Shown here: positions 10,157 to 18,932 of the stretch, piece after piece
Numbering within the stretch: position 1 is the stretch's first letter
Layout of the letters: each line of letters starts with the position of its first letter
NCBI GenBank assembly: GCA_016432365.1
Contig: CP066686.1
Span: 554,319 to 618,318 of the forward strand
Direction of reading: 5' to 3'
Length of the DNA: 64,000 nt
Source: Candidatus Woesebacteria bacterium
GTDB taxonomy: Bacteria > Patescibacteriota > Microgenomatia > UBA8517
Program-made: the position numbers and the translations under genes
Notes under the pieces: model-generated
Databases searched by the model: none
Seen by the model: the letters and a program-made list of their open reading frames with translations, nothing else
Told to the model about the DNA's origin: nothing

Positions 10157-12211
10157 ATGATTAATACTATGCAAGATACGGCTGGAGGTTTGACCAAAAT
10201 AAATTTAGATAATGAATTGCCCAAACAAACAGAAGAACCTTCTATATTGGTTCCAAAAATAGAAGTTTTGCAAGAAAACGCCTCGCCAACAGTTCAGGTA
10301 GATAACACTCAAGATCACCCGCGAGTTAAGTCCGGTAAAACCAAAAAAGTTTGGTCAATAATTATGGTATTGCTTTTGGTTTTTCTGGTCTACAATCTTG
10401 TTGCTTGTTTCTTGGTCTATCAGAAAGGGGTTAAACTTGCTTCCTCGTTAAATCAACTTTCTAAAGATGCTCAAAGTAAAGATCTGGCAAAGTTAAAAAC
10501 TAGCCTTGAACAGGCGAACGTTAAATTGAACGATTTTCGGGTTGCTTATAAACTTATTTCCTGGGCTAAAATTTTACCCTTTGCAGGTCCTTATGTGAAA
10601 GATGGGGATCACGCGGCCACTGCCGCAAAGGCCGGAATTGAAGCTGGGCAGATTGTCGTTACAACAATCGAGCCCTATTCTGACTTATTGGGTTTGCAGG
10701 GCGGGGCTTCATCTGTCCTGGGGGCAAAAACCGGCGAACAGACCACCAGGGATAGGATAGATTTTATAGTGAAAACTATCCCGGACCTCTTGCCAAATAT
10801 AGATAATATTTCAGCAAAGGCAAAGATTGTAAGCGATGAAATTTCTCAAATCGACGCCGACAGATACCCGGAAGTTTACAAAGGCAAAAAAATTCGTTCC
10901 AAGATTAAAGCTGTTCAGGATTTGGCAATCGAAGCTTCAAGTTTCATTGTAAATGGCAAACCAATGCTTGAAAACGCCCCTTATCTTCTTGGAATGGACT
11001 CTCCACGAACGTACATGATACTTTTCCAGAACGATAAAGAGTTACGTCCAACTGGAGGTTTTATGACCGCTTATGCAGTGATGAAAGTCGACAAGGCTAA
11101 ATTCGAGCCCGTATCGTCAAACGATATATACAATTTAGACGCTCAGTATAAACCTTCGATTCGCGCTCCAGAGCCAATAATAAAATACATTAAAGGGCCC
11201 TATATACTTTCTCAGAATTTGCGCTTAAGGGACATGAATTGGTCACCTGATTTTAGTGTCAGCATGCAAACATTTACGAATGCAATTAGTAAGTTGGGGG
11301 TAGGTAGTATTGACGGAATTGTTGCGGTTGATACACAACTTCTTACCAACTTACTCGACGCAATTGGCCCAATCGGTGTACCCGGTTTCGGAAATTTCAG
11401 TTCAGAGACAGACCCGGAATGCAACTGCCCTCAGGTAATTCACGAACTTGAAAGCTTTGCGGATATTGAAGGTCCGATAATTTGGGATCCTTTGACCGGA
11501 AAAATAATATTGCGTCCGCCAAATTCGGATAACAGAAAAAAGATAATAGGCCCTCTTATGAATTCTATTTTGGCCAATGCCTTTGGCCAGCCCAAAGAAA
11601 AACTTCCGGCTCTTTTTGAGGCAGGTTTTAAGTCTCTAATTGAAAAACATGTCCTTTTCTATATGTTTGACCAGAAAGTGGAAGCAGCAATTTCGGATTT
11701 CGGGCTAGGTGGAACTATTAAAGATTACGAGGGCGATTATCTTCATATCAACGATGCGAATTTGGGCGGGCGTAAATCAAATCTTTATGCGACGGAGGAT
11801 GTAACTCAGGAGATTAAAATTGGTTCTGATGGAACAGTTACTAAAATTTTAACAATAACTTATAAAAATCCTGCGAAACATGATGGTTGGCTTAACTCGG
11901 TTCTTCCTACCTGGGTAAGGGTGTACGTACCTAAAGGGAGTACTCTTATAACCTCGGAAGGGTTAGATGCCAAGACCGATCCCTATGAAGATCTGGGCAA
12001 GACTGTTTTTGCCGGTTTTTTTCAGTTAAGACCTGAAGGGGTATCCAAAGTTACGTTTGAATACAAATTGCCATTTAAAGTTTCTAAAAATTACAAACTT
12101 TTGATTCAAAAACAGCCAGGCACAGACGGATTTTTATATTCAATAAAAATTGGAAAACGTGTAGAAGAATTTTTCTTAAAAACAGACAAGGAACTCAAAA
12201 TTGGAATTTAG
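10157..12211 (+). CDS. Large membrane-anchored extracytoplasmic protein of unknown function (possibly DUF4012 family)
   Basis: One N-terminal TM helix (IIMVLLLVFLVYNLVACFLVY) followed by about 600 aa of soluble domain. Position directly after a PGT matches the typical DUF4012 context. Assignment is from memory and is weak. Confidence 0.45.
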   Translation: MINTMQDTAGGLTKINLDNELPKQTEEPSILVPKIEVLQENASPTVQVDNTQDHPRVKSGKTKKVWSIIMVLLLVFLVYNLVACFLVYQKGVKLASSLNQLSKDAQSKDLAKLKTSLEQANVKLNDFRVAYKLISWAKILPFAGPYVKDGDHAATAAKAGIEAGQIVVTTIEPYSDLLGLQGGASSVLGAKTGEQTTRDRIDFIVKTIPDLLPNIDNISAKAKIVSDEISQIDADRYPEVYKGKKIRSKIKAVQDLAIEASSFIVNGKPMLENAPYLLGMDSPRTYMILFQNDKELRPTGGFMTAYAVMKVDKAKFEPVSSNDIYNLDAQYKPSIRAPEPIIKYIKGPYILSQNLRLRDMNWSPDFSVSMQTFTNAISKLGVGSIDGIVAVDTQLLTNLLDAIGPIGVPGFGNFSSETDPECNCPQVIHELESFADIEGPIIWDPLTGKIILRPPNSDNRKKIIGPLMNSILANAFGQPKEKLPALFEAGFKSLIEKHVLFYMFDQKVEAAISDFGLGGTIKDYEGDYLHINDANLGGRKSNLYATEDVTQEIKIGSDGTVTKILTITYKNPAKHDGWLNSVLPTWVRVYVPKGSTLITSEGLDAKTDPYEDLGKTVFAGFFQLRPEGVSKVTFEYKLPFKVSKNYKLLIQKQPGTDGFLYSIKIGKRVEEFFLKTDKELKIGI

Positions 12212-12757
12212 ATGAAGCCCCGAAGTTATACTTCAGACGGAATTGTTTTGGCCAGGCGTAACTTTGGTGAAGCCGACAGAATCCTTGTAATATTCAGCAG
12301 GAACTTTGGCAGACTAAGTTTACTTGCGAGGGGGATCAGGAAACCAAAAAGTCGTAAAAGGGGGCACCTCGAAGTTTTTAGCCTGATTAATTTTCAGGCA
12401 ACGACAGGTCGAGGCCTGGATTACATTACTGAAGTTGAGATGATCGATGACTTTAAAGATATTAGAACAAGTTTGAACAAGGTGTCGTTGGCATATTATT
12501 TTGCTGAAATCGTTGGTCGTATTACTCACGATGGAGAAACCAATGTTGATTTGTATAATTTGATTCTCGGATATTTAAATCAGCTCAAAAAAACTAAGAA
12601 ACTGAAAGATCTTCGTATGAATTTTATTTACAGTCTTTTAACAACTTTGGGATTTTGGCCAAAAGGTAAAACTTTAACAGATGCCGATCAAATACTGGAA
12701 GAGACGATTGAGCGAAAAGTTTTCTCTCAAAGAGTCGGGAAAAGAATGGTATCATAA
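12212..12757 (+). CDS. recO: DNA repair protein RecO (compact, 181 aa)
   Basis: N-terminal GIVLARRNFGEADRILVIFSRNFGRLSLLARGIRKPKSRKRGHLE matches the RecO OB-fold consensus. C-terminal helical region present. No obvious 4-Cys zinc motif. Confidence 0.7.
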   Translation: MKPRSYTSDGIVLARRNFGEADRILVIFSRNFGRLSLLARGIRKPKSRKRGHLEVFSLINFQATTGRGLDYITEVEMIDDFKDIRTSLNKVSLAYYFAEIVGRITHDGETNVDLYNLILGYLNQLKKTKKLKDLRMNFIYSLLTTLGFWPKGKTLTDADQILEETIERKVFSQRVGKRMVS

Positions 12758-12763
12758 TATTGT

Positions 12764-13483
12764 ATGGAGAAAGACAATGTCCTATCTGTTCACGGGCTAA
12801 AAGTTAAATTTGATAATCACATCATCTTGGATGATGTAAGCTTTGAAATTAAAAGAGATGATACTCTAGCCATAATTGGTCCAAATGGGGCCGGAAAGTC
12901 AGTTCTTTTTAGAGCATTATTGGGCCTCATTCCTTTTGAGGGTAAAATTGAATGGGCTTCAAATATTAACATAGGCTACGTTCCTCAGAAACTTTTTGTT
13001 GAAAAAGATCTTCCTCTAACTGTTAGTGAATTTTTGCGATTCAAAGAAGATAATAAAGAAAAAATTCATCAAGTCCTTTTGGAGGTTGGTTTTCAACATG
13101 AATCTGATCATTTTCATAATGACAAACGAGTTCTGGCGACGCGAATCGGAGCATTGTCCGGCGGTGAACTCCAGAGAGTGTTGATTGCTTATGCACTTTT
13201 AGGCAATCCGCAGGTACTTTTGTTTGATGAACCAACTGCAGGGGTAGATGTAACTGGGGAGGAAACAATTTATTCTTTAATTCACAAACTTCAGAAGAAG
13301 GAAGACCTCACAATTATTTTCATTTCGCACGAACTTCAGGTGGTTAACCACTATGCTGCAAATGTCCTTTGTCTAAATAGAGAAAAAATATGTTTTGGAC
13401 CACCACTGAAAGTCATCGATAAAGAAACTTTGACAAAAATGTACGGTGAGGAGGTTAATTTATATCAACACCATGAACACTAA
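12764..13483 (+). CDS. znuC: ABC transporter ATP-binding protein, metal (Zn/Mn) uptake type
   Basis: Walker A GPNGAGKS, signature LSGGELQR, Walker B LLFDEPTAGVD. Pairs with an ABC-3 permease downstream. Confidence 0.8.
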   Translation: MEKDNVLSVHGLKVKFDNHIILDDVSFEIKRDDTLAIIGPNGAGKSVLFRALLGLIPFEGKIEWASNINIGYVPQKLFVEKDLPLTVSEFLRFKEDNKEKIHQVLLEVGFQHESDHFHNDKRVLATRIGALSGGELQRVLIAYALLGNPQVLLFDEPTAGVDVTGEETIYSLIHKLQKKEDLTIIFISHELQVVNHYAANVLCLNREKICFGPPLKVIDKETLTKMYGEEVNLYQHHEH

Positions 13484-14237
13484 TCTAATTCTAATTCTAT
13501 TGGTGGGGGCACTGGTAGGGGCCACCTCCGGCTACCTGGGAAGTTACATGGTTCTTAAAAGGATGTCGCTTGTTGGAGATGCCTTGAGTCACGTTGCCCT
13601 TCCCGGGATCGCTATTGCCATGGCTATGGGGGTTAACCCTCTTTTGGGGGCTTTGATCGCTTTAGTTATCGCAACCATTGGTATTTGGTACCTGGGGGAA
13701 CATTCTGAGGTTTACCCGGAGGCCTTAGTTGGGATTTTCTTTACAGCATCGCTGTCTATCGGCCTCCTTATAACCCCTGAACCGGATTTACTTGAGGCGC
13801 TTTTTGGAAATATAGACAAGATAGGAGCCATGGACGGAGTTATAACCATTTTCGGAGCAATTGTCATTTTTATTATCACATTCGCCTTTTCTAAAAAACT
13901 TCTTCTGGGTATAGTTTCCGAAGACCTGGCCAAATCACAGGGGGTCGATGTATCAAAAGTAAATTTAGTTTACCTGCTTTTGATTGCCCTTGTTGTTGCT
14001 TTAGGCGTCAAATTTTTGGGGACTTTATTGACGGGGGCGATGGTGATAATTCCGGCCGTAACAGCTAAAAACTTGGCCAAAAGTATCAAACAATTCCAAT
14101 TGTATGCAATTTTCTTCGGAGTTACTTCATCGATTTTAGGAATTTTACTCGCAAAATATATTGGCATTTCCTCGGGTCCTGCAGTAGTGCTTACAAGTAT
14201 TTCAATATTCCTCATTGGCTACGCTTTCAAAAATTAG
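13446..14237 (+). CDS. znuB: ABC-3 family metal permease (ZnuB/MntB-like)
   Basis: Polytopic. GDALSHVALPGIAIA motif typical of ABC-3 permeases. The real start may be the internal Met (MNTNLIL). Confidence 0.75.
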   Translation: MRRLIYINTMNTNLILILLVGALVGATSGYLGSYMVLKRMSLVGDALSHVALPGIAIAMAMGVNPLLGALIALVIATIGIWYLGEHSEVYPEALVGIFFTASLSIGLLITPEPDLLEALFGNIDKIGAMDGVITIFGAIVIFIITFAFSKKLLLGIVSEDLAKSQGVDVSKVNLVYLLLIALVVALGVKFLGTLLTGAMVIIPAVTAKNLAKSIKQFQLYAIFFGVTSSILGILLAKYIGISSGPAVVLTSISIFLIGYAFKN

Positions 14238-14284
14238 CTATTTCGTTTTGAGTTTTCTATAGCTAGAATATTACTTACCAAAAA

Positions 14285-14893
14285 ATGTTTGAAGTAATAT
14301 TTGACACAGAAACAAAAAAATTTTTTGATGAAATTGATGGATACGATGCAAGCAAACTTGGGGTATCTATTACTTCGGTTTATTCGCGGACGTTGGATGA
14401 AAATTTCAAGGAAATTGAGGGTAAGATGCAGTCTTTTTGGGAGGTTGATTTTCTCGAAATGTTCAAACTGTTCGAAAAGGCAGATAGAATAATAGGTTTT
14501 AATTCGTTTGGTTTTGACATCGCGGCACTTTCTCCGTATTTGCCAACTCACTGGTCTAAATTAAAACATTTTGATATTCTGGACATTATAAGAAAAGCGG
14601 AAGGTAAAAGAGTCTCACTTGATTCGCTGGCCAAGGCAACACTGGGAAGCAAGAAAAACGACTCGGGGGAGAATGCGGTTAAGTATTGGAAAGCGGGAGA
14701 CGCTGAAAGTTTGGCAAAATTAAAGAAATATTGTGAGATGGATGTGGAAATTACTACTAAAATTTACGACCATGCGCTACACAACGGATTTCTAAAATAT
14801 ACTGATTTTTGGAACGAAACTCACGAGGTAAAATTGGATTTTTCCTATCCCAAAAAAGATCCTGGCGAAAATATCCAAAACAGCCTATTCTAA
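14285..14893 (+). CDS. Stand-alone DEDDy-type 3'-5' exonuclease (RNase-H-fold, PolA-exo/RNase D/YprB-like)
   Basis: Exo I FDTET, Exo II NSFGFDIAAL, Exo III YCEMDVEITTKIY (Y-x3-D). 202 aa with no other domain. Confidence 0.6.
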   Translation: MFEVIFDTETKKFFDEIDGYDASKLGVSITSVYSRTLDENFKEIEGKMQSFWEVDFLEMFKLFEKADRIIGFNSFGFDIAALSPYLPTHWSKLKHFDILDIIRKAEGKRVSLDSLAKATLGSKKNDSGENAVKYWKAGDAESLAKLKKYCEMDVEITTKIYDHALHNGFLKYTDFWNETHEVKLDFSYPKKDPGENIQNSLF

Positions 14894-14897
14894 AGTC

Positions 14898-15278
14898 ATG
14901 GATGTCGATGAAGCAAAGAAAAAGTTAACCCCCGAACAATATAACGTTTGTTTTTTGAAAGGGACCGAGCCACCGGGAAGCGGAAAATATCTTCACAATG
15001 ATACAAAGGGAATATATGTCTGCGCTGTCTGTGGGCAAAAACTGTTTTCATCCGCTACAAAATATGATTCTCAAACGGGATGGCCGGCCTTTTGGGACTT
15101 TGCAGAAAAGGGGGCCATCAACGAATCTCAGGACTTCTCAATGGGAATAACCCGGACCGAGGTAACTTGTTCAAATTGCGGAAGTCATTTGGGTCACGTA
15201 TTTAACGACGGACCCAAAGAAAAAACGGGTTTAAGATATTGTATAAATTCTCTTGCGCTTGATTTTAAGTCTAGTTGA
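14898..15278 (+). CDS. msrB: Peptide-methionine (R)-S-oxide reductase MsrB
   Basis: Two CxxC pairs (CAVCGQKLF ... CSNCGSHLGHVFNDGP) and the GWPAF motif define SelR/MsrB. Confidence 0.9.
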   Translation: MDVDEAKKKLTPEQYNVCFLKGTEPPGSGKYLHNDTKGIYVCAVCGQKLFSSATKYDSQTGWPAFWDFAEKGAINESQDFSMGITRTEVTCSNCGSHLGHVFNDGPKEKTGLRYCINSLALDFKSS

Positions 15279-15558
15279 CTCTTGAGGTACTAATCAATGA
15301 TTGGATTTCGTTTTCCTGGAGTAGGTCTTCCTCGGTTATGGCATTACTTTTTTGTTCGTCTGATATTGCTTGGCACGATTCAGCCACCTCGATTAGATTA
15401 ATGTTCCGGCTTTTGGCAAACGGGCAGTTTGCCTCGTAAACACAGCGAGGCTCGCTTGAAAAGTTCATTGTTTTAAGATGGTCAAATAATTCACAAGACA
15501 TTCTAGCCGCTATTGTACTCCAAAACTCAAGATTGGCAAACCTTGTATAATTGGTTAG

Positions 15559-16377
15559 ATGAAATTTTTTATAAAATCCATACTATTCATTCTTTTTATC
15601 CCCGTTTTTTTAATCGCGGTTATAGCCGGGATAATAAAATACCAACTTCTTGATCCCTATTTTTGGCAGGGAAGTTTTGATCGGGGTAACGTATATAGTG
15701 GGCTTTCTCAAACCCTCAAAACCTATACAGTAAAACAAATTGTTAGGGAGGGTGGCAACACGACCGATGCCCGGGTTTTAACTGATCTAATTAATCCGGC
15801 TAATATAAAAGATCTTATAGACAGAAATGTGATTAATATTTTGAGTTTTGCTAATGGTCAGGCTCGCGAAATAACCGTATATATACCAATTAGTAAATTT
15901 CCGAAAGGGTTTGTCCCAAAGGATTTGGGGATAAATGAGCTGACGCCACTTAGCACGATACTTTCGAAATTTAATATACCCATCAACCGAAACCAAATTC
16001 AATGGATTTCTATCATCGGAAAAACTTCATCCTTTTTGTTGATGAGTTCGGTGGCAATTCTTGTAATATGCTTGTGTCTTTTCTTTGTTCTTACAGATGC
16101 CGGGAAAAGACTCACATTTGCCGGTGTTACAATTCTTCTGATCGGAATTTTATCTCTTTCGATTTGGAAACAGATTGGCAGTTATACTGGCAATCTGGCG
16201 GGAAACTTGCAAGCTCCACCGGTATTGGAAAAACAAATAGTAGCTATTGTCACCCAACCGGTGTTGGCAGAAATTGCAAAAACTTGGTTTCTTGTCGGTG
16301 TTACATTCACAATTTTTGGGATAGCATTATTCTTTATTAAAAAACCGGAGTTTGGTGCAAAAAAATCTGGTGTATAA
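15559..16377 (+). CDS. Membrane protein of unknown function (N-terminal TM, about 130-aa extracytoplasmic domain, 3 C-terminal TM helices)
   Basis: Hydropathy pattern. Extended -10 (TGTATAAT) about 25 nt upstream. 2-nt gap to the downstream nuclease gene. Confidence 0.5.
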   Translation: MKFFIKSILFILFIPVFLIAVIAGIIKYQLLDPYFWQGSFDRGNVYSGLSQTLKTYTVKQIVREGGNTTDARVLTDLINPANIKDLIDRNVINILSFANGQAREITVYIPISKFPKGFVPKDLGINELTPLSTILSKFNIPINRNQIQWISIIGKTSSFLLMSSVAILVICLCLFFVLTDAGKRLTFAGVTILLIGILSLSIWKQIGSYTGNLAGNLQAPPVLEKQIVAIVTQPVLAEIAKTWFLVGVTFTIFGIALFFIKKPEFGAKKSGV

Positions 16378-16379
16378 TC

Positions 16380-17225
16380 GTGATTATGGCACAGGACAAA
16401 TATTCTGCCGTTTGGGTTTCCCATTCTTCAATTTCGGATTTTCTGAAGTGCCCCCGGGCATATTTTTTGCGAAATGTGTATAAAGATCCTACAACCGGTC
16501 ACAAGATTACTGTCGTAACCCCACCGTTGGCACTCGGCGCTGCGGTCCATGAGGTAATAGAGTCGTTGGCAACACTTCCTTTAGAGGAAAGATTGAAAAT
16601 CTCACTTGTTAAAAAATTAGATCCTGTATGGCTAAAATTTAGCGGCAAAAAGGGTGGTTTTACAAATTACACAGATGAGATGGGTTATAGGAACCGCGCA
16701 ATTTCAATGCTTATGAATTTACAGGAGAATCCCGGTCCGATTTTAGAAAAGGCTGTAAAAATAAAAGTCGGTACGATGAATTTACCCAATTATTTTTTGT
16801 CGGAAGAAGAAAATATTATTCTATGCGGCAAAATCGATTGGCTTAAATATGTGGAAGATGACGATTCGGTTCACATAATTGATTTCAAAACAGGAAGGAA
16901 TGAGGAGCGTGAAGATTCTCTGCAGCTTCCGATTTATCTTTTATTAGCAACCAACACACAAAGCAGAAAAGTTTCAGGAGCCTCTTATTGGTATTTGGAT
17001 CGTGACGAGGGATTGATAGAAAAGAAACTACCTGAAATAAAAGAGTCGTATAAAAAAGTTTTTGAAATCGCTAAAAAAATTAAGGAAGCCAGAGCAAAAA
17101 ATGAGTTTACATGTCCCCATGGGGGATGTAGTACCTGCCGCCCGCTAGAGAGGGTGCTTAGAGGCGAGGGAGAATTGGTTGGTGGAAGTGAAACAAGGCA
17201 GGACGTGTATATATTGCCCAAATGA
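16380..17225 (+). CDS. Cas4-like / AddB-like PD-(D/E)XK nuclease with Fe-S cluster cysteines (no CRISPR context)
   Basis: N-terminal SxSxL..CPRAYFL, catalytic GKIDW...IIDFKTGR (D...D-x-K), C-terminal CPHGGCSTC. 1 N-terminal plus 3 C-terminal Cys match the Cas4/AddB Fe-S arrangement (PDDEXK_1-like). Confidence 0.7.
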   Translation: MIMAQDKYSAVWVSHSSISDFLKCPRAYFLRNVYKDPTTGHKITVVTPPLALGAAVHEVIESLATLPLEERLKISLVKKLDPVWLKFSGKKGGFTNYTDEMGYRNRAISMLMNLQENPGPILEKAVKIKVGTMNLPNYFLSEEENIILCGKIDWLKYVEDDDSVHIIDFKTGRNEEREDSLQLPIYLLLATNTQSRKVSGASYWYLDRDEGLIEKKLPEIKESYKKVFEIAKKIKEARAKNEFTCPHGGCSTCRPLERVLRGEGELVGGSETRQDVYILPK

Positions 17226-17422
17226 TTGAAAGAAAACTGACGGAAGAGAACAAGTTGGGTGGAAGCGATATCGAATTCCGTGAGGAATATGAAATAAATG
17301 ACTCAAGACCTTCGTTTAACAAAAAAGATCATTTCAGTAGATCCTTGGTACATCAGCCAAACCATTTGAAAGTTGTTAAAAAGATACATTTACTTGAGGA
17401 AATGGCCGAAGCCTTTTTTTAA
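17222..17422 (+). CDS. Possible small hypothetical protein (66 aa)
   Basis: Only an ORF in the 200-nt gap between convergent genes. Ends at a weak GGC-CGAA-GCC hairpin plus T7 run. No homology recognised. Confidence 0.2.
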   Translation: MIERKLTEENKLGGSDIEFREEYEINDSRPSFNKKDHFSRSLVHQPNHLKVVKKIHLLEEMAEAFF

Positions 17423-17428
17423 GGGTCT

Positions 17429-18490
17429 CTACAACTGGTTAGCGATATAGCTTCTAATTTGCGAAAAATCTAACATTCCGGCTTTGGGGTAAAGAATATA
17501 TGCCCCCTGAGCGGACTTTCCTTCATTTAAGACGTTCTCTAAATTTAAGTGAATATCAGTGATTATATAATCACTGGTTGGCCCTGTTGCATCTATCAAA
17601 TTTCTGATTGCGCTGATATTCAAATTAGTTCTGACAAGTTTAGATAACGTATCGATTGTTTGATTCGTCTTACTTAGTGCATTGAGAGAAATAAGTTTAG
17701 CCAAAATCCCCTTGAGAACCGCGAATTGCCGTTCACTTCGGCCAAAATCACTATCTCCGTGCCTTGAACGGACAAATTTTAAAGCAGTTGCTCCGTCTAA
17801 ATTTGCCGGCCCCAAATCAAAGTGTATGTGTTCATAACGGCAAGTAAACTGGATTTCCAGTTGATAGTCAGAATACTTTGCTTTTAACGCGTTTATTTCA
17901 TCGGGAGTTTTGCCGCATGTATCGTTTTCAAGTCCTGTGATGGGATATAGGGGATCGTCAAAAGTTTTTGGAACTGTGACGGTAATTCCGCCCAGGTCGT
18001 CAATAAGTTTTACAAACCCATCAAAATCTATAGAGACAAAATAATCGGTGGATAGTCCTGTAACATCTTTAATAACTCCCCCCTCATTTTGAAAGCCATT
18101 AATTGATGCTTCGGCATTAATCTTGTGATTTCCGGAAACCCACAAGTCTCTTGGAATGGAGATTATGGCCGCGGTTTTTTTGTTGGTGTTAACATGAATG
18201 ACGATAATACTGTCTGTAAGCAGAGACCCTGCATGTCCGGCCCCGCCATATCCTAGTAATACCGCGTTGTAAACACCTTTTTCCGGTGCGATTTCGGGTG
18301 GCGGAGCAAAAACCACAGGGTTTGGGGAGACGGTGGGAGAAATAGAGGTCTTTTGAGGGAAGGGAGTCGAAGTGAATACTTTCGACAATTTAAGAGTTAG
18401 GTAAGATATAAAAAAACCCAAAGCAAAAATTCCTACAAGCAATATTCCAATCAAAATATTTTGCCAATTTGATTTAATTCGCGAGATCAC
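17429..18490 (-). CDS. LCP family (LytR-CpsA-Psr) cell-wall glycopolymer phosphotransferase
   Basis: N-terminal TM anchor, then ISIPRDLWV...KINAEASINGF...GG, the characteristic LCP core. Confidence 0.8.
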   Translation of the reverse strand: MISRIKSNWQNILIGILLVGIFALGFFISYLTLKLSKVFTSTPFPQKTSISPTVSPNPVVFAPPPEIAPEKGVYNAVLLGYGGAGHAGSLLTDSIIVIHVNTNKKTAAIISIPRDLWVSGNHKINAEASINGFQNEGGVIKDVTGLSTDYFVSIDFDGFVKLIDDLGGITVTVPKTFDDPLYPITGLENDTCGKTPDEINALKAKYSDYQLEIQFTCRYEHIHFDLGPANLDGATALKFVRSRHGDSDFGRSERQFAVLKGILAKLISLNALSKTNQTIDTLSKLVRTNLNISAIRNLIDATGPTSDYIITDIHLNLENVLNEGKSAQGAYILYPKAGMLDFSQIRSYIANQL

Positions 18491-18519
18491 CTTGAAGTTT
18501 ATTATACATTAGGTTTAAT

Positions 18520-18921
18520 ATGAGAACTATGGACCTGTCCTGGTATAACACTCTTAATAAACCGTTCTTTACTCCGCCAAGCTGGTTGTTCGGTCCCGCT
18601 TGGACAATTCTTTATATTTTAATTGGGGTGTCGGCCTATCTTATTTGGAAAAAAGGATTCAAAAATAATCAAGTGAAAGAGGCTTTTAAAATTTTCACAA
18701 TTCAGCTTATTTTAAACCTATTGTGGTCCCCGATATTTTTTGGAGCTAAACAGATTTTTCTTGCCCTCATTGTAATAGTTATTATGTGGATTTTTATATT
18801 CAAGACAATAAAAGCTTTTGCAAAAATCGACAAAACAGCTTCGTATCTCCTTTATCCATATCTTGCATGGGTAAGTTTTGCCACAGTTTTAAATTTCTTT
18901 GTCTGGATGTTAAACAAATAA
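18520..18921 (+). CDS. tspO: TspO/MBR family tryptophan-rich sensory protein (short form)
   Basis: LSWYNTLNKPFFTPPSWLFGPAWTILYILIG matches the TspO N-terminal consensus. Trp-rich and polytopic. Confidence 0.75.
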   Translation: MRTMDLSWYNTLNKPFFTPPSWLFGPAWTILYILIGVSAYLIWKKGFKNNQVKEAFKIFTIQLILNLLWSPIFFGAKQIFLALIVIVIMWIFIFKTIKAFAKIDKTASYLLYPYLAWVSFATVLNFFVWMLNK

Positions 18922-18932
18922 GTTACATAATA

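Noticed and set aside
14234-14551. 105-aa minus-strand ORF and 63-aa + ORF overlapping the exonuclease start
   Set aside because: Antisense or alternate frame to the DEDDy exonuclease, whose motifs validate the listed frame.
16002-16424. 112-aa + and 80-aa - ORFs within the 15559-16377 membrane-protein gene
   Set aside because: They overlap the longer, hydropathy-consistent frame. Compositionally poor (Cys/Arg-rich).
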